Positions 10,004 to 19,195 of a stretch of DNA of 64,000 nt are shown piece by piece. The stretch lies in IMG/VR virus record IMGVR_UViG_3300022698_000267, positions 186,001 through 250,000 of that record. The stretch is one strand, 5' to 3'. Position 1 is the first letter of the stretch. Each line of letters opens with the position of its first letter. Made by a program: the position numbers and the translations under genes. Below the pieces are notes generated by a model. It had not been told where the DNA came from, did not search any database, and worked only from the letters and a program-made list of their open reading frames with translations.

Positions 10004-10921
10004 ATGCTAGAATTCTTTGATGTTTATTCGTACTTAAACGATAGATCTATAGACTACAGTGAAAGTGGAACTAACACCTCTTTTGGTTGGGTCAATATCG
10101 AGTGTCCATTCCCATATTGTGATGATCATTCAAATCATCTTGGAATAAATTTGGAATCCAAAGTTTTTCATTGTTGGAAATGTGGAACAAAAGGAGGCAT
10201 AACCAAATTAATACAAGAATTAGAGTCTTGTTCTTATAAACAGGCAAGTAGAATTGTTGAAGAATTTCAAGACATTGATTCTATAGCTTCATACTCGAAG
10301 TCAAGAAAAGAAGCAACAGTTCCAAGCAGATCCAATTTTATATATCCACCGAAAGGTTGTGTAAAAGAATTTCCAGAAGTGCATTTGCAATATCTACGAA
10401 GTAGGGATTTTGATCCATCTATTATTATTCCAAAATATGAGTTAATGGCTTGTCATACTGCTGGTGATTTTAAATTTAGAATCATCATCCCAATTATAGA
10501 AGATGGTGAGGTTGTTAATTTTACAACCAGAACTGTTATAAAGGATATGGAGCCAAGATATAAAATGGCTTCTATCAATAAGTACAATCCTATTACAGAC
10601 ATTTACGATTTGCTTTACAATTTTGATTCAGTACAAGAAAGAGCTTTTATTTTAGAGGGTCCTACAGATGTCTGGCGAATGGGAGATGGAAGTACTTGTA
10701 CATTCGGTACAGCATTAAGCAAACCACAGATTTTAAAACTAGCATCTTTAGAATTAGCAGTTTTAATTTTCGATTCTGAAGCAGAAGAAGATGCAAGAAG
10801 ACTTGAATATCAAATTCGACCCTTTACTGATACAGAAATAATCTTGTTAGATCCTGGATTAGATCCAGCACAGTTGAGACAAGATGAAGTTGAAGAGTTG
10901 AAAAGGGAATTTTCAATATGA
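10004..10921 (+). CDS. dnaG: DNA primase (Zn finger + TOPRIM)
   Basis: CPFPYC..H...CWKC zinc domain; EGPTD and FDSE TOPRIM motifs. Confidence 0.88.
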   Translation: MLEFFDVYSYLNDRSIDYSESGTNTSFGWVNIECPFPYCDDHSNHLGINLESKVFHCWKCGTKGGITKLIQELESCSYKQASRIVEEFQDIDSIASYSKSRKEATVPSRSNFIYPPKGCVKEFPEVHLQYLRSRDFDPSIIIPKYELMACHTAGDFKFRIIIPIIEDGEVVNFTTRTVIKDMEPRYKMASINKYNPITDIYDLLYNFDSVQERAFILEGPTDVWRMGDGSTCTFGTALSKPQILKLASLELAVLIFDSEAEEDARRLEYQIRPFTDTEIILLDPGLDPAQLRQDEVEELKREFSI

Positions 10922-12534
10922 GTGATGCCATTAGCCGTTTTAGGAGAGGTAAGAAAGGTAATGTAGATACAGACTTATCTTCTGAAAAATTAATGTTATC
11001 TGCTGCAATACTCTCCACTAATTTTTGTAGAACTGTCTTTAGAAAGTATAAACCTGAATTTATACAAAATGAATTCATTAGAGATAGTATGAATTGGTGT
11101 ATGGACTATTTTCGTGAATTCGATAAAGCACCAAAATCCGATATTGAAAGAGTATTTGAGTATAAATCTTCTAAGTTAGATCCATCTAGTAAAGAACTTA
11201 TTGAATATCTTCTATTTTCCATATCACAGGATTCTAAGGGTTTAGTTGTAAGCGATCATAACTATGTTCTAAAAGAAACTTTAAAGTATTTCAGGAAAAG
11301 ACACTTAGATATAGCTTTGATGAAGTCTAGAGCTCTTTTAGATTCTGGAAATGTAGATAAGGCAGTAGAGTCTATTGCTGGTGAAAATTTTCAGGAAGAC
11401 CTAGCTTACGAAGGAAGATTAGAAGATATTTTTGACAGAGAAAGTATAGAATCTGCTTGGTCTAAGGTTGATACTGAGCACGTTTTTGCTTTTAGTGGAG
11501 GAGCAGCAACATTAAATAAACTAGTTGGTTACATTAAGAAGGGTTGGTTGATGGCTTTTTTAGCTCCTCCAAAGAGGGGTAAGACCAGTTGGTTATTAGA
11601 AACTGCCTGTCAAGCAATGTCTTATGGTGCAAAAGTCCTTTTTGTTAGTTTGGAAATGAATTCCAAAGCAATAAGACAGAGATTCTATTCCAGATTTTTG
11701 AATAAACCTTACGGTTCATTCCAAAGTGAAAGAAATTTTAAAACAGGTCCTGGAGGAGAACTGCTTTCTAGGATTCCATATATAGACTGTGAACACAATA
11801 AAAGTAATTCTTGTAAAAGAGAGGAAAGGACAAAATATAAGACAGAACATTACCCATCTGATGATGTGGAAGATACTGAAGCGCCTTGCTTTGGTTGCAT
11901 CTACAGTCCAGAGTCTGATTTTTCTTTTAGTGTTGAGTCCATATGGGTTGAAGTTAATTCAAATTCTTATGAAGCAGATCACAGAAGCTTGTTTGCTATA
12001 GGAAGGCATCTAAAAAGGTATCTTAGATTAGTCACTTATCCCAGTTTTCTTGGTGGGATTGATGATATACAACAGGATTTAGAGGTTGCAAAATCTCAAG
12101 GGTTTCGACCTGATGTGATTATAATAGATTATGCCGATATTCTAAAGCCACCAGGATTTGGAGGTGGTGATCCAAGACATAATCTGGATTTAATTTGGAA
12201 GACTCTAAAAGGTTTGGCGGAGGCAACTAATTCTGTAGTTATAACTGCTAGTCAGACTAATAGAAAGGCTGTAGAGGAGAGGAGAATAGGACAAAAGCAT
12301 GTTGCTGAAGATTTTAGAAAACTCGCACATGTTGATGTTTTTATGGCTATAAATCAAAACGATTTTGAAAAGGATATTGGAATAAAAAGAATTAATGTTA
12401 TAGCCCATAGGCATAAAGATTTTTCTGAGAATGTAGAGTTGAATTTAACTGAAGCTTTACATATGGGTCAGGTTTGTGTTAGTTCCATTATTCCACCCAG
12501 AAAGAAGAAAAAGGAGGAAGATGAAGATGAGTAA
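10918..12534 (+). CDS. dnaB: Replicative DnaB-like helicase with a Cys-rich insertion
   Basis: APPKRGKT Walker A, SLEM, IIIDYAD, ASQTNR. Confidence 0.9.
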   Translation: MSDAISRFRRGKKGNVDTDLSSEKLMLSAAILSTNFCRTVFRKYKPEFIQNEFIRDSMNWCMDYFREFDKAPKSDIERVFEYKSSKLDPSSKELIEYLLFSISQDSKGLVVSDHNYVLKETLKYFRKRHLDIALMKSRALLDSGNVDKAVESIAGENFQEDLAYEGRLEDIFDRESIESAWSKVDTEHVFAFSGGAATLNKLVGYIKKGWLMAFLAPPKRGKTSWLLETACQAMSYGAKVLFVSLEMNSKAIRQRFYSRFLNKPYGSFQSERNFKTGPGGELLSRIPYIDCEHNKSNSCKREERTKYKTEHYPSDDVEDTEAPCFGCIYSPESDFSFSVESIWVEVNSNSYEADHRSLFAIGRHLKRYLRLVTYPSFLGGIDDIQQDLEVAKSQGFRPDVIIIDYADILKPPGFGGGDPRHNLDLIWKTLKGLAEATNSVVITASQTNRKAVEERRIGQKHVAEDFRKLAHVDVFMAINQNDFEKDIGIKRINVIAHRHKDFSENVELNLTEALHMGQVCVSSIIPPRKKKKEEDEDE

Positions 12535-13486
12535 ATCCATATGTCCGATTTGCGAGGAGAGATTCAGTGATGTTCTGTCCCATATACTTTCAACAGATGA
12601 TCAAGCACATGCAGATATTATAGCTAGTGTGCATGAGGTCATAGATGCTTTGGTTAACACCAGAACATATGTTGGTGAAGTGGTAGAAATACTTAAGGCC
12701 AAAGATCCAAGATTTTGGTTTGTAACATATGGTTTTGTTGCAAATTATGTGAAGAAAAAGATTGGTTCAGACAGAGTTCATGGCTTTTTGGATAGTGCAA
12801 AAGAAAAACAACCAACTCCAGAATTTCTTGCAACGATGGAAGAAAGTGTAGAAGATTTGAAAGCTTTGTGGATACCTGGAAGTTATGCTAAAGTATTATC
12901 TCAGATTTTGTCAGCAACTAGTGCTAATCCCACTGCTTATCTTTCACATTTCCAAGATTTGAGTTTTTGTAGTATTTGTGGATCTAATAAAGATGTTAGA
13001 GCAACATTTGTCGATGAGGATAGCCAGAATATCCTAATTTCAAACATGGAACCTTTATGTTCCGATTGTAAATCATTAGAAATTTTAGAAGGCGTCCTTC
13101 CATTTGCTACAATAAGTAAAGATTTTTCTTTTGCTGGAGCTCATAAACTTCCAGACTATGATGGCGATTGTAACTTCTTGCATGGACATGAATGGAAATT
13201 TACGGTATCTGTTCGAAAAAGAATTAATCCTATCACCGGAATGATAATTGATTTCAAGAAATTAAAAGCAATTGTTAATGCGAATATTGTTGATCTTCTT
13301 GACCATTCTTATCTCAATGACTTTTTTCCAAATCCTACTGCTGAGAACATTGTGGTATGGATGTGGGAGAGGTTGATGTTTGATGGTTTACTTAAAGGGT
13401 TGGAATCTATTAGACTATGGGAAAGTCCAACTAGTTTTATAACACTTACTAAACAAGATATGTTATCAGTCTTTGGGAGGATGTAA
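12527..13486 (+). CDS. queD: 6-carboxytetrahydropterin synthase QueD fused to N-terminal Zn-finger/degenerate HNH domains; start moved to ATG 12527
   Basis: FAGAHKL, CNFLHGH, DHSYLN, PTAENI and WESPTS in the C-terminal ~130 aa; AGGAGG RBS. Confidence 0.9.
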   Translation: MSKSICPICEERFSDVLSHILSTDDQAHADIIASVHEVIDALVNTRTYVGEVVEILKAKDPRFWFVTYGFVANYVKKKIGSDRVHGFLDSAKEKQPTPEFLATMEESVEDLKALWIPGSYAKVLSQILSATSANPTAYLSHFQDLSFCSICGSNKDVRATFVDEDSQNILISNMEPLCSDCKSLEILEGVLPFATISKDFSFAGAHKLPDYDGDCNFLHGHEWKFTVSVRKRINPITGMIIDFKKLKAIVNANIVDLLDHSYLNDFFPNPTAENIVVWMWERLMFDGLLKGLESIRLWESPTSFITLTKQDMLSVFGRM

Positions 13487-14160
13487 TGTTTTCACTTTAT
13501 AGCATTTTTGATTCAATCGATGGAGAAGTAAATGCTTTTCATCAAGGAGTTCTTACCACTTTTATTAGATTTTCTCAGTGTAATTTATCATGTAAGTGGT
13601 GTGATACACAATATGCCGCAAAGAGATCAGATGGTATGGAAATTAGTTTGTCTAATCTTTTAGAGGATCTCTTTGCTTCCAGAGGGGAAAAATTAAAGAA
13701 AGTGACAATTACTGGTGGTGAGCCTTTACTACAAGAGGAGTTATCTACTCTATTGCAGGAATTAGTTGCTAGAGATATTAAAGTTTCAATAGAAACTAAT
13801 GGAACTTTAGAACCGATTCAACAATTCGTAGGTATTCCAGAAGTTTGTTGGGTCTATGATTTTAAGTTGAAGAATTCTGGGCAGCGTAATAGAATGAATT
13901 TAAATGCTTTTGGATTCCTTTCGAAAAATGATTTTGTAAAGTTTGTTGTTGGGAGTTCTGATGATGTTAAAGAAGCTATGGATGTAGGAAAGGTTCTAAG
14001 AGAAAATGGTTGTGAAGCAAAGTTTGCATTTTCTCCAGTACATGACGAATTTACTCCACAACAGCTTTTAAGGGAGATTGAAATTTATGGTACTGGAGAT
14101 GAAATTATAAACCTCCAATTACATAAGTACATTTGGGGAATAACGAAGGAAGAACACTAG
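13486..14160 (+). CDS. queE: 7-carboxy-7-deazaguanine synthase QueE (radical SAM)
   Basis: SIDGE, CNLSCKWCDT, TGGEP, ETNG, QLHKYIW. Confidence 0.93.
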   Translation: MFSLYSIFDSIDGEVNAFHQGVLTTFIRFSQCNLSCKWCDTQYAAKRSDGMEISLSNLLEDLFASRGEKLKKVTITGGEPLLQEELSTLLQELVARDIKVSIETNGTLEPIQQFVGIPEVCWVYDFKLKNSGQRNRMNLNAFGFLSKNDFVKFVVGSSDDVKEAMDVGKVLRENGCEAKFAFSPVHDEFTPQQLLREIEIYGTGDEIINLQLHKYIWGITKEEH

Positions 14161-14177
14161 AGGGGAGGAATTTAAAA

Positions 14178-14885
14178 ATGGTTAGAGCACTGATTCGAGA
14201 ATCTTATCAAGCTTTATTGGAAACAAAATTGGTTCCAGGTGTAGAATCGAAAGAATTTGATATGGAGAACGATGATTTACAGAAGCTATGTGACAGTTTT
14301 CTAGACTCTGTTGAATTGGTTCCTATTGAAAAGGAACAATTAATTCCACCAAAAGTTATTGATTTATACAATGACATTGTGGATGGAATAGTTGTGGTTA
14401 CTGAAACTTCTACGGCTGCTGAGCCATCAAAAGAGGAAGAGAAGAAGCCAGAGGTATCAGAGGAGGATGAAAAGTTGATCTCTTCTGCTCAAGAGAAAGT
14501 TGCTAAAGAACTTCTTGAAGATAAAGATGGATCAAAACCTGAACCAAAGAAGGCTGAATCAAAGAAGGCTGAATCAAAACCTGAACCAAAGAAGGCTGAA
14601 TCAAAACCTGAACCAAAGAAGGCTGAATCCGATTCTGACACTGGTATTAATATTTTTGGTAGAAGAAAGAATAGCAAGTACGGATTCATTGATGAAAAGC
14701 TTTTAGAAGGCATTACAATGGATAGTTTGGTTTCTATAGTTTCCGAGAAATTTGATATGGATCCAAAGAAAACGTTGGGAACTATAAAAGCTCATATTCG
14801 AAATGTCACAAATAAAAGAAACGAAGCCGATTGTTTGGAGGAAGAGGATGGAATTCTTCGTTTCGTCCAGAAGGAGGCTTCATAA
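14178..14885 (+). CDS. Acidic hypothetical protein with KPEPKKAES repeats; start moved to ATG 14178
   Basis: GGAGG RBS; low-complexity linker and helical C-terminus. Confidence 0.7.
   Translation: MVRALIRESYQALLETKLVPGVESKEFDMENDDLQKLCDSFLDSVELVPIEKEQLIPPKVIDLYNDIVDGIVVVTETSTAAEPSKEEEKKPEVSEEDEKLISSAQEKVAKELLEDKDGSKPEPKKAESKKAESKPEPKKAESKPEPKKAESDSDTGINIFGRRKNSKYGFIDEKLLEGITMDSLVSIVSEKFDMDPKKTLGTIKAHIRNVTNKRNEADCLEEEDGILRFVQKEAS
14532..14630 (+). repeat. Coding tandem repeat (27-bp unit tcaaaacctgaaccaaagaaggctgaa plus partial copies)
   Basis: Seen directly; encodes SKPEPKKAE repeats. Confidence 0.9.
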
Positions 14886-15688
14886 TGGATGAGTTGATGG
14901 ACGTACAAAAAACTAAACCTATTCATCAAATACCAATAGATTTTGTTGGGATTGGTGGATTCAAACTTCCAATTTGTGTTAGCACAAAGGCAGGACCATA
15001 TCAAAATACCATTGCAGATGTTACTGTGTATGGAAATCTTCCAGCAGACAAAAAAGGGATTGATATGAGTAGAATCCCAATAGCTATACAAAAGTTTTCT
15101 GGTCAAAGATTAGATGTCAGTGTAACGAATGAAGTGGCCGAACATATACGAAGAAAGTTGGAAGTAGATTTGTGTAAAGTGACTTACAAATTCCCTTATT
15201 TTCTACAAAAGATTGCACCTGTGAGTAGAGAGCCCGGAATAGTATCTTATGATGTAACATTTCATCTAATAAAGACAGAAGACTCTTCTGATTTTTATAT
15301 GTCTATAGTTGTCTTTGGCACTAGTTTGTGTCCATGTAGTAAAGAAATCAGTGAAAATTCGGCGCATAATCAAAGGGTTCGGGTTAAAGTAGGTTTAAAA
15401 CCATTTGCTGATCAATTCATATGGATAGAGGATATTATAACTCTTGTTGAGGCTTCATGCTCTGGACAAATGTACAGTGTTTTAAAAAGAGTGGATGAAA
15501 AGCATGTCACTGAAACAATGTACGATAATCCAAAATTTGTAGAAGATATTATACGGGAATGTGCTTTCCGACTATCTTTAGAAAAGTCAGTGGAAAAGTA
15601 CAATATTACTGTAAGTTCTCAAGAAAGTATTCATCAACATGATGCAATTGCTATTGTGTCTGGAAAGAATGGGGTCGATAATGACTGA
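14885..15688 (+). CDS. folE2: GTP cyclohydrolase I type FolE2; start moved to ATG 14885
   Basis: KGIDMSR, SLCPCSKEIS..SAHNQR, KRVDE, PKFVEDIIR, ESIHQHDA. Confidence 0.93.
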   Translation: MDELMDVQKTKPIHQIPIDFVGIGGFKLPICVSTKAGPYQNTIADVTVYGNLPADKKGIDMSRIPIAIQKFSGQRLDVSVTNEVAEHIRRKLEVDLCKVTYKFPYFLQKIAPVSREPGIVSYDVTFHLIKTEDSSDFYMSIVVFGTSLCPCSKEISENSAHNQRVRVKVGLKPFADQFIWIEDIITLVEASCSGQMYSVLKRVDEKHVTETMYDNPKFVEDIIRECAFRLSLEKSVEKYNITVSSQESIHQHDAIAIVSGKNGVDND

Positions 15689-16310
15689 ATGGAAAAGTGA
15701 GGTTCGAATTGAAAATTCACTTCCTGTACAAGGTTTGAAACTTCATGTTGGTTGTGGCAGAAGAATTCTGGAAGACTATATAAATATTGATATAACCAGA
15801 ACGCTTTTGAAAGACTTAGATCTTTTCCTTTCCGATTCTGAAGTCAATTACATAAATCAAAGTTTTATTGAATGCTCATCTGATGATATGCCTCTACCAG
15901 ACGAATGTGCTGCTGAGATTCTATGTGAACATACTCTAGAACATCAAACTCCAGAAGAGATATATGAAACTCTATGGGAGTTTGCCAGAGTATTAAAGCC
16001 TGATGGTATACTAACTGTTTCTGGTCCAAATTTCGCACACTTTGCTAAGACATTCGATAAGTACAAAAACAACTATCTGGATTCCATTGATGTTATGTAT
16101 GCAATTCTTTGTAATACCAGAAATGTTAAAAGAATGTCACCCCATAGAAGTTTATTGTGGGCAGAGTTTCTGGTTCCATTGGTTAGAAGGAGTGGTTTTA
16201 CTATCCTGGAGGTTATAGAAAATGATGAACTGAAAATTATAGCTTCTAGAGATAGTGATCGAGTTGTTAGGGTCCTTAATGTCCAAGGAGGTGAAAAAGA
16301 TGAAAGTTAG
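15681..16310 (+). CDS. Class I SAM-dependent methyltransferase (type 11-like); start moved to ATG 15681
   Basis: LHVGCG motif I, INIDI, EHTLEH, RVLKPDG. Confidence 0.85.
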   Translation: MTEWKSEVRIENSLPVQGLKLHVGCGRRILEDYINIDITRTLLKDLDLFLSDSEVNYINQSFIECSSDDMPLPDECAAEILCEHTLEHQTPEEIYETLWEFARVLKPDGILTVSGPNFAHFAKTFDKYKNNYLDSIDVMYAILCNTRNVKRMSPHRSLLWAEFLVPLVRRSGFTILEVIENDELKIIASRDSDRVVRVLNVQGGEKDES

Positions 16311-17262
16311 AAACTTTGCAAAAACCATAATGACAAATTTTAGTTATGGTGTACAAGAGATTTCAACTGATATTGATTTAGATCAAGCTTCGGAAATCTT
16401 AAATTGTATGATTGATATTAAGGAAAAACCGGAAGGTTTTGTTCCAAAATTGAATACTATGGATTTGAAGAGTCTGGGGTTGAATGAACGTGCTGACTTT
16501 GTTCTTCTGCTAACTGGAGGGTTAGATAGTACACTAGCCTACTTTCGTCTACTAGATGAAGGTTACAAATCTATTTTTCCAATCTACGTAGATTTTGGAC
16601 ACCCTTATGCAGAGAAAGAAATTAAGGCTTTGCATAAATTGAAAATAGATTTTTTCTATTACAAAGAAATTGTTCCAGTTCGATATGATGGTCCTTGGGA
16701 ACATATTATCCCAGCCAGAAATTTATATCTTCTTGGAATAGCATCTGAAATAGCCAGAGACGGTGGTGAAATTTGGATATCTTCCGTTGCCGGAGAGACA
16801 CCAGAATATGGTGGAGACAAATCTTTGACCTTTTACAAACAAGCTCATGATTTGATAAAAACAACTTCTGGGAAAGATATTTCCATAAAATGTATGAATG
16901 AAAGAACAAAGTCCGGTTGGGTTTCATGGTTTTTAAATGAATGCCTGATGGATGAATTGACATACGAAGATAAGGTGGGAATTTTAAAAACCACAGTTTC
17001 TTGTTTTTCAGGGCACAGTCATTTGAATTGTGGGAAATGTAGAGCTTGTCTTAGAAAATGGATATGTCTAACATACAATGATGTAGATTGTGACGATATG
17101 TTTGAAGTTCATCCATATCATGGTGCTGGTGAGTTAGTACAAGAGTACAAAGACAGAATGAGCGTTGCTTTACAAAACAGCGATTTCTCATACTTTACTA
17201 AAAATAGGTGTAAAGAGACTTTGTCGGTTTTCAAAAGATTTGAAGAAGGACTTCTTTCTTAA
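16300..17262 (+). CDS. queC: 7-cyano-7-deazaguanine synthase QueC with N-terminal extension; start moved to ATG 16300
   Basis: TGGLDST PP-loop, IPARN, and SC...CGKCRAC Zn site. Confidence 0.85.
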   Translation: MKVRNFAKTIMTNFSYGVQEISTDIDLDQASEILNCMIDIKEKPEGFVPKLNTMDLKSLGLNERADFVLLLTGGLDSTLAYFRLLDEGYKSIFPIYVDFGHPYAEKEIKALHKLKIDFFYYKEIVPVRYDGPWEHIIPARNLYLLGIASEIARDGGEIWISSVAGETPEYGGDKSLTFYKQAHDLIKTTSGKDISIKCMNERTKSGWVSWFLNECLMDELTYEDKVGILKTTVSCFSGHSHLNCGKCRACLRKWICLTYNDVDCDDMFEVHPYHGAGELVQEYKDRMSVALQNSDFSYFTKNRCKETLSVFKRFEEGLLS

Positions 17263-17288
17263 AATAAAAGATTTGGAGGGTTTTTCCT

Positions 17289-18419
17289 ATGAGTAAGAAA
17301 ATAAAAATTGCAATTATGGGCCTTGGAAACTGTTCGTGTTCTCTCATCCAAGGCATTCACTACTATTCGAAAGATGAACATATGCCAAAAAATCCAGAAG
17401 ATCCAAAAGATTTTGTACCTGGATTAATGCATTGGGATTTGGCTGGTTACAAACCAGGTGACATTGAAGTGGTTGCAGCATTTGATGTTGACAGACGAAA
17501 GGTTGGTCGTGACGTATCGGAAGCTATTTTTCAAAGACCTAATTGCACGAAGGTTTTTGAGCCAGATATTCCTGAGTATGGGGTTACAGTTCATATGGGT
17601 GTAATTTTGGATGGAGTTGCTCCACATATGGCAAATTATCCAGAAGATTGTGCATTTTCCACGGCTAATGAAATACAACCTTCTAAAGAGCAGATAGTTG
17701 AGATTCTAAAAAAATCTGAAGCTGATATTGTCGTAAATTACCTTCCAGTTGGTTCCCAAAAAGCTGTAGAATTCTATGCTGAATGTACATTAGAAGCTGG
17801 TTGTGGTTTTGTGAACTGCATACCAGTTTTTATTGCAAGTGATCCAGAATGGGAAGAAAAGTTTGCTAAAGCAAATTTGCCCATTGTTGGTGACGATATC
17901 AAGTCTCAGGTTGGAGCTACGATTGTACATAGAATTCTTACAGATCTTTTCAAGAAACGTGGTGTTCCTTTGGACACGACTTACCAGATAAATTTTGGTG
18001 GAAATACAGACTTCTTAAATATGTTGAATCGAGATAGACTGGTTAGCAAGAAAATCTCGAAGACAGAAGCTGTACAATGTCAAGCAAAACACAGATTGTC
18101 CGATAGAAATATTCATGTTGGACCAAGCGATTATATTCCATGGTTAGATGACAATAAGATCTGTAATATTAAGATGAATGGTCGTCTATTTGGGGATGTT
18201 CCAATGGATATCGAACTTCGGCTTTCAGTGGAAGATTCACCAAATTCTGCTGGTGTGGTAATCGATGCTGTTCGTTGCTGTAAATTGGCTCTGGACAGGG
18301 AAACAGGTGGATGTGTGTATCCAGCTAGTGCTTATTTCATGAAACATCCACCCAAACAATATCAGGACGATGTTGCTTACCGATTGGTAGAATCGTTCAT
18401 TATAGGAGGAACAGAGTGA
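17289..18419 (+). CDS. ino1: myo-inositol-1-phosphate synthase
   Basis: GLGNC, NYLPVGS, GDDIKSQVGATIVHR, GGNTDFLNM, SKKISKT, EDSPNSAG. Confidence 0.96.
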   Translation: MSKKIKIAIMGLGNCSCSLIQGIHYYSKDEHMPKNPEDPKDFVPGLMHWDLAGYKPGDIEVVAAFDVDRRKVGRDVSEAIFQRPNCTKVFEPDIPEYGVTVHMGVILDGVAPHMANYPEDCAFSTANEIQPSKEQIVEILKKSEADIVVNYLPVGSQKAVEFYAECTLEAGCGFVNCIPVFIASDPEWEEKFAKANLPIVGDDIKSQVGATIVHRILTDLFKKRGVPLDTTYQINFGGNTDFLNMLNRDRLVSKKISKTEAVQCQAKHRLSDRNIHVGPSDYIPWLDDNKICNIKMNGRLFGDVPMDIELRLSVEDSPNSAGVVIDAVRCCKLALDRETGGCVYPASAYFMKHPPKQYQDDVAYRLVESFIIGGTE

Positions 18420-19183
18420 ACTTTTTCTTAGATAGTGGTGCCTTTTCTGCTTTTACTCAAGGTTCAGCCATAGATCTAGATTCATACATCTCTTTTATCA
18501 AACAAAATGAAAAGGATGTGACAGTTTACGCAAATTTGGATGTTATTGGTGACGTCGAGGCCTCTTGGGAAAATCAACGATATATGGAAAGCAAAGGATT
18601 AACTCCATTGCCAGTTTTTCACGTTGAAGATCCAATAGAATATCTATACAAATGTATGGATTATGATTATTTCTGTCTTGGTGGTATGGCTTCTGCTACA
18701 ATGGACCTTCGAATTAACTTTTTAGATAAATGCTGGTATATTATCTGTGATACACCAGACAACATGCCAAAAAACAAAGTGCATGGTTTTGGTATGACCG
18801 CACATAAATTGATGTTTCGATATCCATGGTATTCTGTAGATAGTACTAGTTGGTCGCAGACTGCAGGATTTGGAAACATTTTTGTTCCAAGAAAAACGGT
18901 GAATGCTGAATTTGATTTCACAGAACCTCCTTTCAAAATATCTGTTTCAGATGAAAGTCCCAGTAAATCCGAATACGATATTCATATTGAAACTGCAACT
19001 GATGCTGCTAGAGAACACATCTTGAAATACTTTGATTTGATAGGTATAACTGAAATTGGTGTGAAAACCAGTCATTGGAATAGACGATATGTGAATGTCA
19101 CTTTCTTTACTGGTGTTGCTAAGGCACTAACTTGGCCAAGGCCATTCAAACCAAAGTTGATTAATAAAGGCTTTGGTCTCTAG
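18416..19183 (+). CDS. dpdA: TGT-fold transglycosylase, DpdA-like (deazaguanine insertion); lacks the usual N-terminus
   Basis: FLDSGAFS, NLDVIGD, PLPVFH, CLGG, HGFG and PWYSVDSTSW; located in the que cluster. Confidence 0.7.
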   Translation: MNFFLDSGAFSAFTQGSAIDLDSYISFIKQNEKDVTVYANLDVIGDVEASWENQRYMESKGLTPLPVFHVEDPIEYLYKCMDYDYFCLGGMASATMDLRINFLDKCWYIICDTPDNMPKNKVHGFGMTAHKLMFRYPWYSVDSTSWSQTAGFGNIFVPRKTVNAEFDFTEPPFKISVSDESPSKSEYDIHIETATDAAREHILKYFDLIGITEIGVKTSHWNRRYVNVTFFTGVAKALTWPRPFKPKLINKGFGL

Positions 19184-19195
19184 GAGGAATTTCAA

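Noticed and set aside
11740-11990. Intein in DnaB (also considered for the ThyA insert and NrdJ)
   Set aside because: No C/S...HN-C/S/T splice junctions; the inserts are too short and NrdJ is normal length.
15681-16310. DNA adenine/cytosine methyltransferase of an R-M system
   Set aside because: No (D/N)PP(Y/F) or PC catalytic motif and no cognate nuclease.
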